Origin: a virus
DNA: 64,000 nucleotides
IMG/VR virus record: IMGVR_UViG_3300031823_000004
Location: 17,341-81,340 of that record
Direction: 5' to 3' (one strand)
Under the pieces are notes generated by a model, which did no database searches, was not told the origin of the DNA, and saw only the letters and a list, made by a program, of their open reading frames with translations. A program made the position numbers and the translations under genes. Position 1 is the first letter of the stretch, and every line of letters begins with the position of its first letter. Shown here in pieces: positions 55,999-64,000 of this stretch.

Positions 55999-57135
55999 TT
56001 AGTTCTCCTGTTTTGCTTCGATCGCTTTTGCCCATGAGTCCGTCAGCGCCATCGCCTCTTCCGGCCACGGATGCACCGGAACATCGTCAGGAGACACCCC
56101 GTCCAGGCTATCGCCCTCGATCAGGAACTCGGCATTGCCATCGCCGCAGTCCTTGACCGCGATGATCCGGACATCGAGCGGCCGCAAAAAGGCACACAGG
56201 CGTGCTTCATGCTCCAAACGTCCCGGGATGATAGCCCGATGCACGGCGTCCGGTGGGTTCGAATAGCCGTGGGCGTTGCAGGCGTTCTCCGTGAACACCT
56301 CGTACGTGTACTCGGCCATCTCGTCGTCGAGCGCGCTAAGAACCTCGCGGTCCTCGCGCATCACCCGGCGGGCTGCGGCCAGCATTTGCAACCGGGTGTT
56401 CTCGGCCTCCAACGCCGCATAGGCCTCTTTCGACGGCCGCTCCGACAGGGTGGCGATGGTCGTTCGCATACGGTCGTTTTCCTGCTTCGACGCCTCCAGT
56501 TCGCTCCTGGCGGCAGTCAGCGCCTCCAGCGCCGCACGGGCCTCTCTCGACGGCCGTTCCGACAGGATGGCGACGGTCGCCCGCAAACGGTCGTTCTCGG
56601 CGGAATGCCCGTGGTTCACCGCTTGCAGATGGGCGTTCTCCTGCTTCGATGCCTCCAGCGCACTCCTGGCGGCAGTCAGGGCGTTCGTCAGTTCCTGCAC
56701 CCGTGTGCGATGCAGCAGGCATTCGGTGACTATGCTGGATTCATCGAAGCAGCCGATGGCAACCTCGGCCAAAGCCCAGCGCACGTCGTTGCTCCAGGTC
56801 GCACCGAAAACGTCCAGGCACTTCCGGGCCAGCGCATCGCCGACGCGGCGGACCAGATCGCTCCTGGGCCCCTTCGTAGCGGCAGTGTTGTCCGGCGCGA
56901 CAAGCAATTCCTTGGCTGTCAGATTGGCAATCGTAAAATTGTGGCTGCCGGGGAGGTAAGTGACCGTGCCGTCCGGAGCCCAGGCCACGTCCTTGACGCC
57001 ACCCTCGCCGCTATTGGCGGTGTCGGCGTAAGTCTTGCCGTCCACGCCAGCAAGCATCTCGCGGTCCGTAGGCGCCAGCCCAAGCCCGCGCCCAAGACTG
57101 CAATCCTCCGCACGCTTTGGATCCATCTTGCCCAT
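55999..57135 (-). CDS. Coiled-coil protein with internal duplication
   Basis: LTAARS.LEASKQEN and ENDR.R.T.A.LSERPS.EA.AALEA each occur twice. Confidence 0.65.
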   Translation of the reverse strand: MGKMDPKRAEDCSLGRGLGLAPTDREMLAGVDGKTYADTANSGEGGVKDVAWAPDGTVTYLPGSHNFTIANLTAKELLVAPDNTAATKGPRSDLVRRVGDALARKCLDVFGATWSNDVRWALAEVAIGCFDESSIVTECLLHRTRVQELTNALTAARSALEASKQENAHLQAVNHGHSAENDRLRATVAILSERPSREARAALEALTAARSELEASKQENDRMRTTIATLSERPSKEAYAALEAENTRLQMLAAARRVMREDREVLSALDDEMAEYTYEVFTENACNAHGYSNPPDAVHRAIIPGRLEHEARLCAFLRPLDVRIIAVKDCGDGNAEFLIEGDSLDGVSPDDVPVHPWPEEAMALTDSWAKAIEAKQEN

Positions 57136-57197
57136 GTACGTGTGCCCTCTGCTGTTGGTGTACCGTACGCCTTTTGCCGCCGTTTGGCCAGCGTACG

Positions 57198-57449
57198 CTA
57201 CATATCGACTTTGATGATCGTTACCACCGTCTCCCCGCCGATGCGCTGCGGCGAGCGGATGCCCAGCGCCATGCACACCCGCAGTTCACGGCAGTTGCCG
57301 CAGCGCGCCTCGGTGTTGCGGTGCTCGATCGAACCCCGCAGCACAAACGCACCGCAGACACCGCACCGGTCCTCATTGAAGGCCGGACGGACCGGTATGC
57401 TCATGTCCTGCTTGTCACGCCGGACCGTGGTTTCTGGCTGGTATTTCAC
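57198..57449 (-). CDS. Small Zn-finger protein
   Basis: CGVC...CGNC. Confidence 0.5.
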   Translation of the reverse strand: MKYQPETTVRRDKQDMSIPVRPAFNEDRCGVCGAFVLRGSIEHRNTEARCGNCRELRVCMALGIRSPQRIGGETVVTIIKVDM

Positions 57450-58249
57450 TCTGCTTGTTTTCCTTTGGATTTCGGGCTCGTTTCCCGCAGCATTTCGGCC
57501 ATCGCGGTCAGCGCCGCCGCGACGAACGACAGGATGGGAGTCGCACCATAGCGCGTGTAGGGCCCCACCTGCGCATAGGGTGTGCCGCCCACATGGCCGT
57601 TGACGTCACCCACGACCCAGTCGTGCATCGGCGGCACCAGGGAGCGCGCGGCGTCCAGGCTGGTGGTGTAAGGCGGCGCTTCCGGTGGATCGCAGGTCAG
57701 TGCGTACAGCGTTGCGATAGAGACCGGGATGGTGATCGGAACCCCGGCCAGGGCCGCCGTAATGTCCCTGTCCAGATCGCGGCAGTCCTTGTCAATGACA
57801 CCGAGGACGATGGGCGTGGCGACGCCGGGCTCCAGTCTGGACGCGCGGTCGGCAAGAGCCCAAAGACGGGCAGGGTCGACCGGCTGGGGCCGGGGTGGCT
57901 GGAGTGGAGGTAGAGGCGGTTCAGCAACGTCAGGCTTAGGGAACTGGGACAGGTCTCGGGCGAGCCCAAGCAGACGCTCCGGAGTTGTCTTCGCGCGGAG
58001 ATCCAGCTTCTGGCCGTAGTGATAGCCGTCCGGCGCATCCGGGCGATAGTAGCACATGAAGTTGGGCCCCTGAATGTAGCCGAACCGCCCGGCCGGGGAT
58101 TCCATCACCGCATGCGCCCGCCACCTGCCATTGGTAACGCAAAGCCCATCGTTGACACGCTCGCTGTCCGGAACGCCGTGGTTGACGATCCAGTCGAATA
58201 TGGTGTGGTAGGCGGCCAGCAGGTCGCTGAATGGAACTTGGTCCGGCAT
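57446..58249 (-). CDS. Hypothetical protein
   Basis: AAGGGG RBS; RDLDRDI..AL...PPYTTSLDAARSLVP...W...GATP.L...AAAL, a common phage motif. Confidence 0.7.
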   Translation of the reverse strand: MPDQVPFSDLLAAYHTIFDWIVNHGVPDSERVNDGLCVTNGRWRAHAVMESPAGRFGYIQGPNFMCYYRPDAPDGYHYGQKLDLRAKTTPERLLGLARDLSQFPKPDVAEPPLPPLQPPRPQPVDPARLWALADRASRLEPGVATPIVLGVIDKDCRDLDRDITAALAGVPITIPVSIATLYALTCDPPEAPPYTTSLDAARSLVPPMHDWVVGDVNGHVGGTPYAQVGPYTRYGATPILSFVAAALTAMAEMLRETSPKSKGKQAE

Positions 58250-58272
58250 GACAATTCCCCTTTCGCCGGATG

Positions 58273-58301
58273 CGTGTAAACGGTGTTGTGCCTGCTGTCA
58301 A
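58273..58301 (-). promoter_or_regulatory. Leftward promoter at the head of the minus-strand operon
   Basis: CTTGACA-N17-TACACG. Confidence 0.45.
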
Positions 58302-58351
58302 GCGAAATAGTTGTATCCGCAGGGGAGGGTTGTCGCGGGGGTTACTATTAG

Positions 58352-58486
58352 ACTGTTATATGCAACTATTATAGTTCTTGCAGCGTATTTTTCTGAAGCA
58401 GTCGTTTATGCAACTAAGGACGTTTTCAGAGTAGCGCGCAACAGCATTGGCTGTTTCAGCAGAATACGTACTGTTATGCAACTATA
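58352..58486. repeat. Three TATGCAACTA direct repeats in an AT-rich island
   Basis: Copies near 58358, 58407 and 58475. Confidence 0.7.
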
Positions 58487-58678
58487 GTAAAAGCAGAGTG
58501 GTATTTTTGCGCGGGGGTAGGCCGGTCCTCAAGCCGCCCGAACGTCCGCGCCCCCACCTCCCGCCCCCGTAACGATACGAGCTGCCATTGAAATAAATCG
58601 TGAGCGCCTGACGCTTGATTGTTTCAGTGCGCCGGCGTTTGTTTCAGCGCCTATCACGTATTGTTTCAGCCTGGCGCG

Positions 58679-58725
<47 letters not shown>

Positions 58726-58744
58726 GGTCGACCTGGACCATGCT

Positions 58745-58900
<156 letters not shown>

Positions 58901-58983
58901 CGGTCGACCTGCTAGGGCATGTCCCAGATACGACTAGGGCGCCCAATGGGCGCCCTGTGGTGACTTAGCCTGTGCGGGATTGC

Positions 58984-59181
58984 CTAGTCGAGTAGTTCAG
59001 CATTGAGCGCGTTGCACTGGACCGTAAAATATTCGTCTTCGCTGATCTCTAGTCCGTCCAATGTGTACACAACATACGATACGAATCCGTGTCCGTTGTC
59101 AGCGACTCGGTATGTCGCATGAATAGACAGCATGGGCGAGACAGGAATCGCATAGACTGCGTTAGCGCAATTGATTGCCAT
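58984..59181 (-). CDS. Small early-region hypothetical protein
   Basis: AAAGGA RBS, own promoter. Confidence 0.6.
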   Translation of the reverse strand: MAINCANAVYAIPVSPMLSIHATYRVADNGHGFVSYVVYTLDGLEISEDEYFTVQCNALNAELLD

Positions 59182-59221
59182 AACCGAGTTCCTTTCCGGA
59201 CTGCGTTGCGTAGCAGTCCGG

Positions 59222-59250
59222 TATGTAGTGACAGCGCATACGCTTGTCAA
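59222..59250 (-). promoter_or_regulatory. Early promoter, repeat family copy 1
   Basis: TTGACA-AGCGTATGCGCTGTCAC-TACATA. Confidence 0.75.
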
Positions 59251-59256
59251 GCTGGA

Positions 59257-59733
59257 TTAGCGGCGCAGTCCCAGGAAATTGCGCCGCACATATCCCTTGA
59301 GTCCGTCGACCCTGATACGCGTTGCTGTCCAGGACTCGAATTGAGTCGGCGCGGTCCGGTCCGGCTGTACGATCTCACTGCGGTCGACGTCAAAATGGCC
59401 ATAAGCTACCATCGCATACGCAAGACACATTTTATGGGCGAGCGTACCCTTGCGGTATGTGCGGCGCCCATTATCGTCAATGTCACCATTCGGCAAATAG
59501 CTTGCGCCAATGGCCGACAGTGCGGATTGTTCGCGCGCGTGGGACTGATCCGCTTTGTCTGGCATAGATACGGTCAACTCTTCGATCATAACGGCACTCG
59601 TAAATCCGCACGCAGAGTCCAGGTCTTCGACTCGCACTGCGGTAACGTAACCATGTCGCAATTCAGAAAAGTCAAAAAAGATTCCGCCATATTCAAGATT
59701 GACGTCACCTTGATAGTACCAACGAGTCGCCAT
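59257..59733 (-). CDS. Early-region hypothetical protein
   Basis: GAAAGGA RBS; W.Y.GDVNLEYGG.F. Confidence 0.7.
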   Translation of the reverse strand: MATRWYYQGDVNLEYGGIFFDFSELRHGYVTAVRVEDLDSACGFTSAVMIEELTVSMPDKADQSHAREQSALSAIGASYLPNGDIDDNGRRTYRKGTLAHKMCLAYAMVAYGHFDVDRSEIVQPDRTAPTQFESWTATRIRVDGLKGYVRRNFLGLRR

Positions 59734-59770
59734 TGCCGAGTTCCTTTCTGCTAGGGCGTTCCGTATGCCC

Positions 59771-59799
59771 TATGTAGTGACAGCATAGGGCATTGTCAA
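59771..59799 (-). promoter_or_regulatory. Early promoter, copy 2
   Basis: TTGACA-ATGCCCTATGCTGTCAC-TACATA. Confidence 0.8.
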
Positions 59800-59809
59800 C
59801 AGGAAAGCG

Positions 59810-60046
59810 CTAGACCATAGACCATTCGATCTCTTCGAAGACGTCCGGCTTATCGTCGACCGGTACCGGAGCGTATGTGGGCAATCGCCTTGCGCTATCC
59901 TCCCGCTCCCGCTTGACGCGTTCGCGTTCCTTAATCCAGTCTATGACAGCGGGAGTCGGCATTTCTGCAATCGGCTCTCCTGTACCGCGCCATCCCAGCT
60001 TGCCGTTGTTACGCGGGAAGATTATTACGTTGCCCACTTGTTTCAC
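59810..60046 (-). CDS. Early-region hypothetical protein
   Basis: Lies between two promoters of the family. Confidence 0.5.
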   Translation of the reverse strand: MKQVGNVIIFPRNNGKLGWRGTGEPIAEMPTPAVIDWIKERERVKREREDSARRLPTYAPVPVDDKPDVFEEIEWSMV

Positions 60047-60131
60047 TCCGGTTAGAGAAAGCGGGAGAGCGAATCAGCTAAGGGTACCGCCCTGTGGTCA
60101 GTAGCCAACTAGGTGTTCGCTCTCAATGCCC

Positions 60132-60160
60132 TATATAGTGACGATATAGGGAATTGTCAA
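60132..60160 (-). promoter_or_regulatory. Early promoter, copy 3
   Basis: TTGACA-ATTCCCTATATCGTCAC-TATATA. Confidence 0.8.
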
Positions 60161-60217
60161 TCATCGACCTGTGGCCAAGTTTCACAATAATGTTATCAGC
60201 TATATTCTACTGCTTGC

Positions 60218-60246
60218 TTGACAAGGCTATGTAGCGACGATACATA
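60218..60246 (+). promoter_or_regulatory. Early promoter, copy 4 (divergent from copy 3)
   Basis: TTGACA-AGGCTATGTAGCGACGA-TACATA. Confidence 0.8.
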
Positions 60247-60276
60247 GATCGCACGAAAGCAGAGAGGGACACTATC

Positions 60277-60453
60277 ATGATAAGAGTATCTCCCGCACTC
60301 GCGACAGACGCCTATCATGTACTTGCGAGTGCTGATCCGGCGGACCTGTCACCTGCCGAGGTGGTCGTACTCACGATTGTGAGTATGGTGGACGTTGTTA
60401 CGCGTGGCGACTATAAGACCGCGCGCAACATAATCCGCCAGTTCACGCGCTAA
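60277..60453 (+). CDS. Small early hypothetical protein (58 aa)
   Basis: GAGGG RBS; MIRVSPALATDAYH... Confidence 0.55.
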   Translation: MIRVSPALATDAYHVLASADPADLSPAEVVVLTIVSMVDVVTRGDYKTARNIIRQFTR

Positions 60454-60499
60454 AGTGCCACACTATAGTGTGGAAACCATGAACGAAAGGGCAACAGCT

Positions 60500-61048
60500 A
60501 TGACGGAAGTATCAGAAATGCGCGTTTGCCCGGCTTGCAAGGGTACAAAAGTGCGCATAACGGAAGCCTGGACCTATCACGAGCGTGATGCGAATGGAGT
60601 TGCCACAGGGCGCACAAAAGACTATGCACGCCGGGTCGACCCGTGCTACGCTTGCGACAGCAAGGGGGAGTTCCCTAAGCCGGACGTTGCTGCGATCATC
60701 GAGGCAATCCGCGGGAGAGGCGGAAAAGGTCTCCGGAGCAAGCGTCCTGATAACCGCCGCGCCTATTACGTCTGGCGTCTCGCCCGTTTTCATGGTGGGG
60801 CCGACGTGACAATGCCAATGACGGCCACGATGGATAATAGTTCTGATCCGTGGCTGAAAGAACTGGACTCACTCGCTGACGCGGTCGCCCGCCGCGTGTT
60901 TGGAACTGACCTAGCGGCCGCGAATCGTTGGGGTAATGCGCTAGGTTACCTGGACCGGAATCTACCTGGATTGCCGGATTCAGCATATAGCGGCGGAAGA
61001 GTCGCCGATTCCGATAAACCCATCGAAGAAAGTGCGGAACTCACATAA
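60500..61048 (+). CDS. Early protein with DnaJ-type CxxCxG Zn motifs
   Basis: CPACKG...CYACDSKG; AYYVWRLARFHGG. Confidence 0.7.
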   Translation: MTEVSEMRVCPACKGTKVRITEAWTYHERDANGVATGRTKDYARRVDPCYACDSKGEFPKPDVAAIIEAIRGRGGKGLRSKRPDNRRAYYVWRLARFHGGADVTMPMTATMDNSSDPWLKELDSLADAVARRVFGTDLAAANRWGNALGYLDRNLPGLPDSAYSGGRVADSDKPIEESAELT

Positions 61049-61065
61049 ATCCGCAATGTAGTTGC

Positions 61066-61094
61066 TTGACAATTCCCTATCGCGTCAGTATATA
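61066..61094 (+). promoter_or_regulatory. Early promoter, copy 5 (inside a long inverted repeat)
   Basis: TTGACA-ATTCCCTATCGCGTCAG-TATATA, then GGGATTGTCAAG. Confidence 0.8.
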
Positions 61095-61131
61095 GGGATT
61101 GTCAAGCAACGTCAGGACAGGGGCAAAAACG

Positions 61132-61608
61132 ATGGCATACTCAATTCGTTACGCGTCATTTGGCACAGTGTCGCACGCCACGCTCCGGAGCGAAGACTTG
61201 CTTGACGCGTTCGCCACGGAACTCGACTATCAGCTAAAGCGGCAGGTAAAGCGCTTCCCGCGCAAAGCCCATCGCAAATTGATCCGCGAGGCAAATGCGA
61301 TAGTCAACGCCACCTCGCGCGAGGAAGAATGGGCTTCTGAACTCGTTTCCGATTTGCAAGATGCATTGAATGACTTCGCGCCACCCTACGCCTACTTTGG
61401 CACAACGGAAGGTGACGGATCGGACTTTGGTTACTGGATCAGCGCCGACTCAATCGAGGACAATTTTGACGGCTTGAAGGTCGACGATACGTCGGCCGTA
61501 CCGCCTGATTATCGTGGCGAAGTGTTGCACGTAAACAATCATGGAAACATGACGCTCTATGTCGCAGCAAGCCACGGCAAATTGCGGGAAATTTGGGCCG
61601 TCGTTTAA
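61132..61608 (+). CDS. Early hypothetical protein
   Basis: GTVSHATLRSEDLL...DALNDFAP.Y.YFG..EGDGSDFGYW. Confidence 0.75.
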   Translation: MAYSIRYASFGTVSHATLRSEDLLDAFATELDYQLKRQVKRFPRKAHRKLIREANAIVNATSREEEWASELVSDLQDALNDFAPPYAYFGTTEGDGSDFGYWISADSIEDNFDGLKVDDTSAVPPDYRGEVLHVNNHGNMTLYVAASHGKLREIWAVV

Positions 61609-61687
61609 TCCGCCGCAGTCTGGACCCTAGCGGTCGACCGTCAACAGGTCGACCGCTCTAGCCTGAATTGCGAGAGGATACCCCAAC

Positions 61688-61873
61688 ATGAACGCCCGAG
61701 AATGGATTGCTGCGGTCGACCGTCACTTGCAGCGCCCAATGCGCACATACGAACAACGCTATTGCGCGCGTATGTTCGAACCCGAAAACACGGACGATAC
61801 AGCCCGCATCGTAGCGGATCTGTTGCGCCAGAACGACGCAACTCCCGCGCAAAGCATATTCAAGGAGTCCTGA
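61688..61873 (+). CDS. Small early hypothetical protein
   Basis: GAGGA RBS. Confidence 0.6.
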   Translation: MNAREWIAAVDRHLQRPMRTYEQRYCARMFEPENTDDTARIVADLLRQNDATPAQSIFKES

Positions 61874-61874
61874 C

Positions 61875-62135
61875 ATGGCACGACACTATTACCGGGTTTA
61901 CATAGGTCGACCGCACTATGAAGCGGAGCGCACCACATTGGCGCGCGAGGCGGAAGCCCGCCGCTATGCTGTCGCGGGCGCGGAAGCAAACTACATTGTT
62001 GACGCATACAGCGAACAGGACGCGATAAAGTGCGCCGCAATGGCGCAACGCGGGCAATGTCTCGTTTGGCATTGCGGGCCTCGCAAGGCTGTACCGGTCA
62101 TGATTCCTAATGTCGAGTTCACCGGGAGTTTTTGA
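61875..62135 (+). CDS. Small early hypothetical protein
   Basis: AAGGAG RBS. Confidence 0.6.
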   Translation: MARHYYRVYIGRPHYEAERTTLAREAEARRYAVAGAEANYIVDAYSEQDAIKCAAMAQRGQCLVWHCGPRKAVPVMIPNVEFTGSF

Positions 62136-62136
62136 T

Positions 62137-62361
62137 ATGGCACAGAACCCGCCGAACCCGCCGAACCCGCCGAACATGAGCGCAACGCATTTGCGAACCG
62201 GCAAATGGGCCGTGCGACCGGCTGGTCAGCTTGGCACTTGCGGGTGGTACCCAAAACCCTGGACCGTGGTCTATGTCTCGGCAAGCAGCGAGGCGGAAGC
62301 CTTGCGCAAAGCCGCGCCTCTCCTCCCGCACAGTTTAACGGAAGAGGAGCGCATGGCATGA
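62137..62361 (+). CDS. Small early hypothetical protein
   Basis: GGGAG RBS; NPP x3 repeat. Confidence 0.55.
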   Translation: MAQNPPNPPNPPNMSATHLRTGKWAVRPAGQLGTCGWYPKPWTVVYVSASSEAEALRKAAPLLPHSLTEEERMA

Positions 62362-62543
62362 CCTGCGACCGCACATATGACAGCGTCATTGCTGCGACCT
62401 GCTACGGCGCGACCGTCTATTGGCGCGAGGGAATCGGATGGGTCGACGATAGGCGCAACGCCCATTTGTTTTGTGAACGCGATCGGCTACCACGCCTGGC
62501 CGATGGCGTAACGAATATCCGTTTCGAAAAGGTGACGCCATGA
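62358..62543 (+). CDS. Small early hypothetical protein
   Basis: ATGA-coupled at both ends. Confidence 0.55.
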   Translation: MTCDRTYDSVIAATCYGATVYWREGIGWVDDRRNAHLFCERDRLPRLADGVTNIRFEKVTP

Positions 62544-63253
62544 ACCCGCCGGACTACGGAACCTTTCAGGCTGCATTGCGCGAGCGTTCTTACCTGGACT
62601 CGCTCTATCAGCAAAAAATGAGCGATCTGCAATCGGCCTTTGAATCCGCAATCATCGCAGGCTATCGGAGCCTGTATCCCAAACGCAAGGCGAAGGACTG
62701 GCGCGCGGCGCTGCATACCCTTGATCCCGAGGGCCAGGTTTTCCGCAAGCCTTGGGACGATGCCGCGGAAAGCCTCTCCCGCGAGCGCCGGAAGGCACTG
62801 GATGGCGCGGAGGAAGCGCTATGGGTTGCCGCTGCTGGCCTCCCGCTGCCCGCCAGCGAGGCGCTACGCCCGCCGCTTTATGCCGAGTTCCCGGCGCATC
62901 ACTACTGGACAATGGGATACAGCGCCTGCACCTATGCGAAAGCCGCCGCGAACCGGCTCGCCGATAAAGCCCGCGCGCACGGTCGACCTGCCGAGGTGCA
63001 TGAGATCGAACGTCATAGAGTGCATGGCCGTGGCTGGAGTCAGGAACACGCAACGTATGGCGTTTTCATAGATACCGACCGGCTAGGCTGGGAAATCCTG
63101 CAACGCAAGCCCGTCGCAAGTATGCGGGAACTCGTACGCATGGCGTGGAAACAAGGCGTTAACCCACGGGTTATGTGGCCGTTCCTCCCGCACGGTTTCG
63201 AGGAAGAGAACGGGCTGGACTTTTTCGGAAACGAGACCTGGAAAACCGCTTGA
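62540..63253 (+). CDS. Early hypothetical protein
   Basis: 237-aa ORF, ATGA-coupled. Confidence 0.7.
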   Translation: MNPPDYGTFQAALRERSYLDSLYQQKMSDLQSAFESAIIAGYRSLYPKRKAKDWRAALHTLDPEGQVFRKPWDDAAESLSRERRKALDGAEEALWVAAAGLPLPASEALRPPLYAEFPAHHYWTMGYSACTYAKAAANRLADKARAHGRPAEVHEIERHRVHGRGWSQEHATYGVFIDTDRLGWEILQRKPVASMRELVRMAWKQGVNPRVMWPFLPHGFEEENGLDFFGNETWKTA

Positions 63254-63278
63254 CAATTCCATATATCGTCACTATATA
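63250..63278 (+). promoter_or_regulatory. Early promoter, copy 6
   Basis: TTGACA-ATTCCATATATCGTCAC-TATATA. Confidence 0.8.
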
Positions 63279-63304
63279 GGGAAACAGACGGAAGGAACAA
63301 ACCA

Positions 63305-63586
63305 ATGACACTTGATGGCATGACGTCCGATATATGGGACAAGCTGACTCCAGGCGAGCGCGAGCGCTTGCGCGACAATTCAGGCTTGACCAGGGAGTTG
63401 CTTGGCCTTGAAGGCTGGCGGGTTGAAGTACGCGACACGCCCGAAGCAAAGCCGCGCCGCTTCATCGTCGGCCGGTCGACCGGCTGGCGACCGATCCACA
63501 TTGAGGTGCTGACGCGCCGTTCGCTTGGCGGTTGCGCTTGCAACGCCAGCTATGCGTCAGTGCGCAAAATCGAAAGGGTGCGATAG
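63305..63586 (+). CDS. Early hypothetical protein
   Basis: AAGGA RBS; LLGLEGWRVEV...RRFIVGRSTGWRPIHIE. Confidence 0.7.
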   Translation: MTLDGMTSDIWDKLTPGERERLRDNSGLTRELLGLEGWRVEVRDTPEAKPRRFIVGRSTGWRPIHIEVLTRRSLGGCACNASYASVRKIERVR

Positions 63587-63587
63587 C

Positions 63588-63839
63588 ATGATAAGCCTCA
63601 CTGACGCCCTGGACGCAATCCAGGTAGGTCATGACGCGCACAGCGAAGACCGGCACTGCCCGAAAGGCTGGCACGCGGTAAGCAACACCTCCGGCAATAT
63701 CGCATACTTCGCGCATGAAGCAGACGCGCTCGCGTTCCGGCTTATGCTGGTGAATATGGCGCTCAATGGAACTGAATCAGCGGAGCGTCATATCTACAGC
63801 GGAGCGCCGTTCATGCGCCAAACCGAAAGGACACGGTAA
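63588..63839 (+). CDS. Early hypothetical protein
   Basis: GWHAVSN..GNIAYF..EADALAFRL. Confidence 0.6.
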   Translation: MISLTDALDAIQVGHDAHSEDRHCPKGWHAVSNTSGNIAYFAHEADALAFRLMLVNMALNGTESAERHIYSGAPFMRQTERTR

Positions 63840-64000
63840 TGGTCCGCATCAATATCCTGACCAATAATGCAGCCTTCGAAGACGGCGCGAGCGGGCAAGA
63901 AGTCGCCCGCATCCTTCGCGAACTGGCCGAACGGTACGAAGCATCAGGAGCGCCGTTTCCCGTCACCCTCCGCGATATCAACGGGAACGTCGTAGGCAAA
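63839..64000 (+). CDS. Partial early hypothetical protein
   Basis: TAATG overlap; I.TNNAAFED...EVARILRELA...LRDINGNVVG. Confidence 0.65.
   Translation, partial: MVRINILTNNAAFEDGASGQEVARILRELAERYEASGAPFPVTLRDINGNVVGK

Overview
A 64-kb segment of a high-GC tailed dsDNA phage, most likely a large contractile-tailed myovirus whose head, sheath and baseplate genes resemble the SPO1/Herelleviridae-type layout. The host is probably an Alphaproteobacterium, possibly an acidophile. This is inferred from CTTGACA-N17-(C)TAYATA promoters, a MarR gene, a sedolisin and charge-poor virion proteins. Left to right: (1) 1-7435, methyltransferase, MarR, GH108 endolysin, membrane and amphipathic proteins, a probable sRNA, an S53 protease and a lipase; (2) 8075-19534 (+), baseplate and fibre block; (3) 19536-58249 (-), main late operon with hub, tape measure, chaperones, tube, sheath, neck, capsid, scaffold, protease, a 1223-aa glycosyltransferase, portal and terminase; (4) 58300-58970, repeat-rich non-coding junction (candidate packaging or terminus site); (5) 58984-64000, small early-type genes behind six related promoters. 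Best leads: a 90-aa Tat-signal protein stitched from copies of two of the phage's own virion proteins including the major capsid (candidate decoy); a glycosyltransferase paired with Ser-Gly-rich virion surfaces; a circularly permuted class-3 lipase coupled to a prodomain-less sedolisin; an anti-Shine-Dalgarno sRNA; and ATC/ATA start codons. All calls come from reading motifs by eye; no database searches were run.
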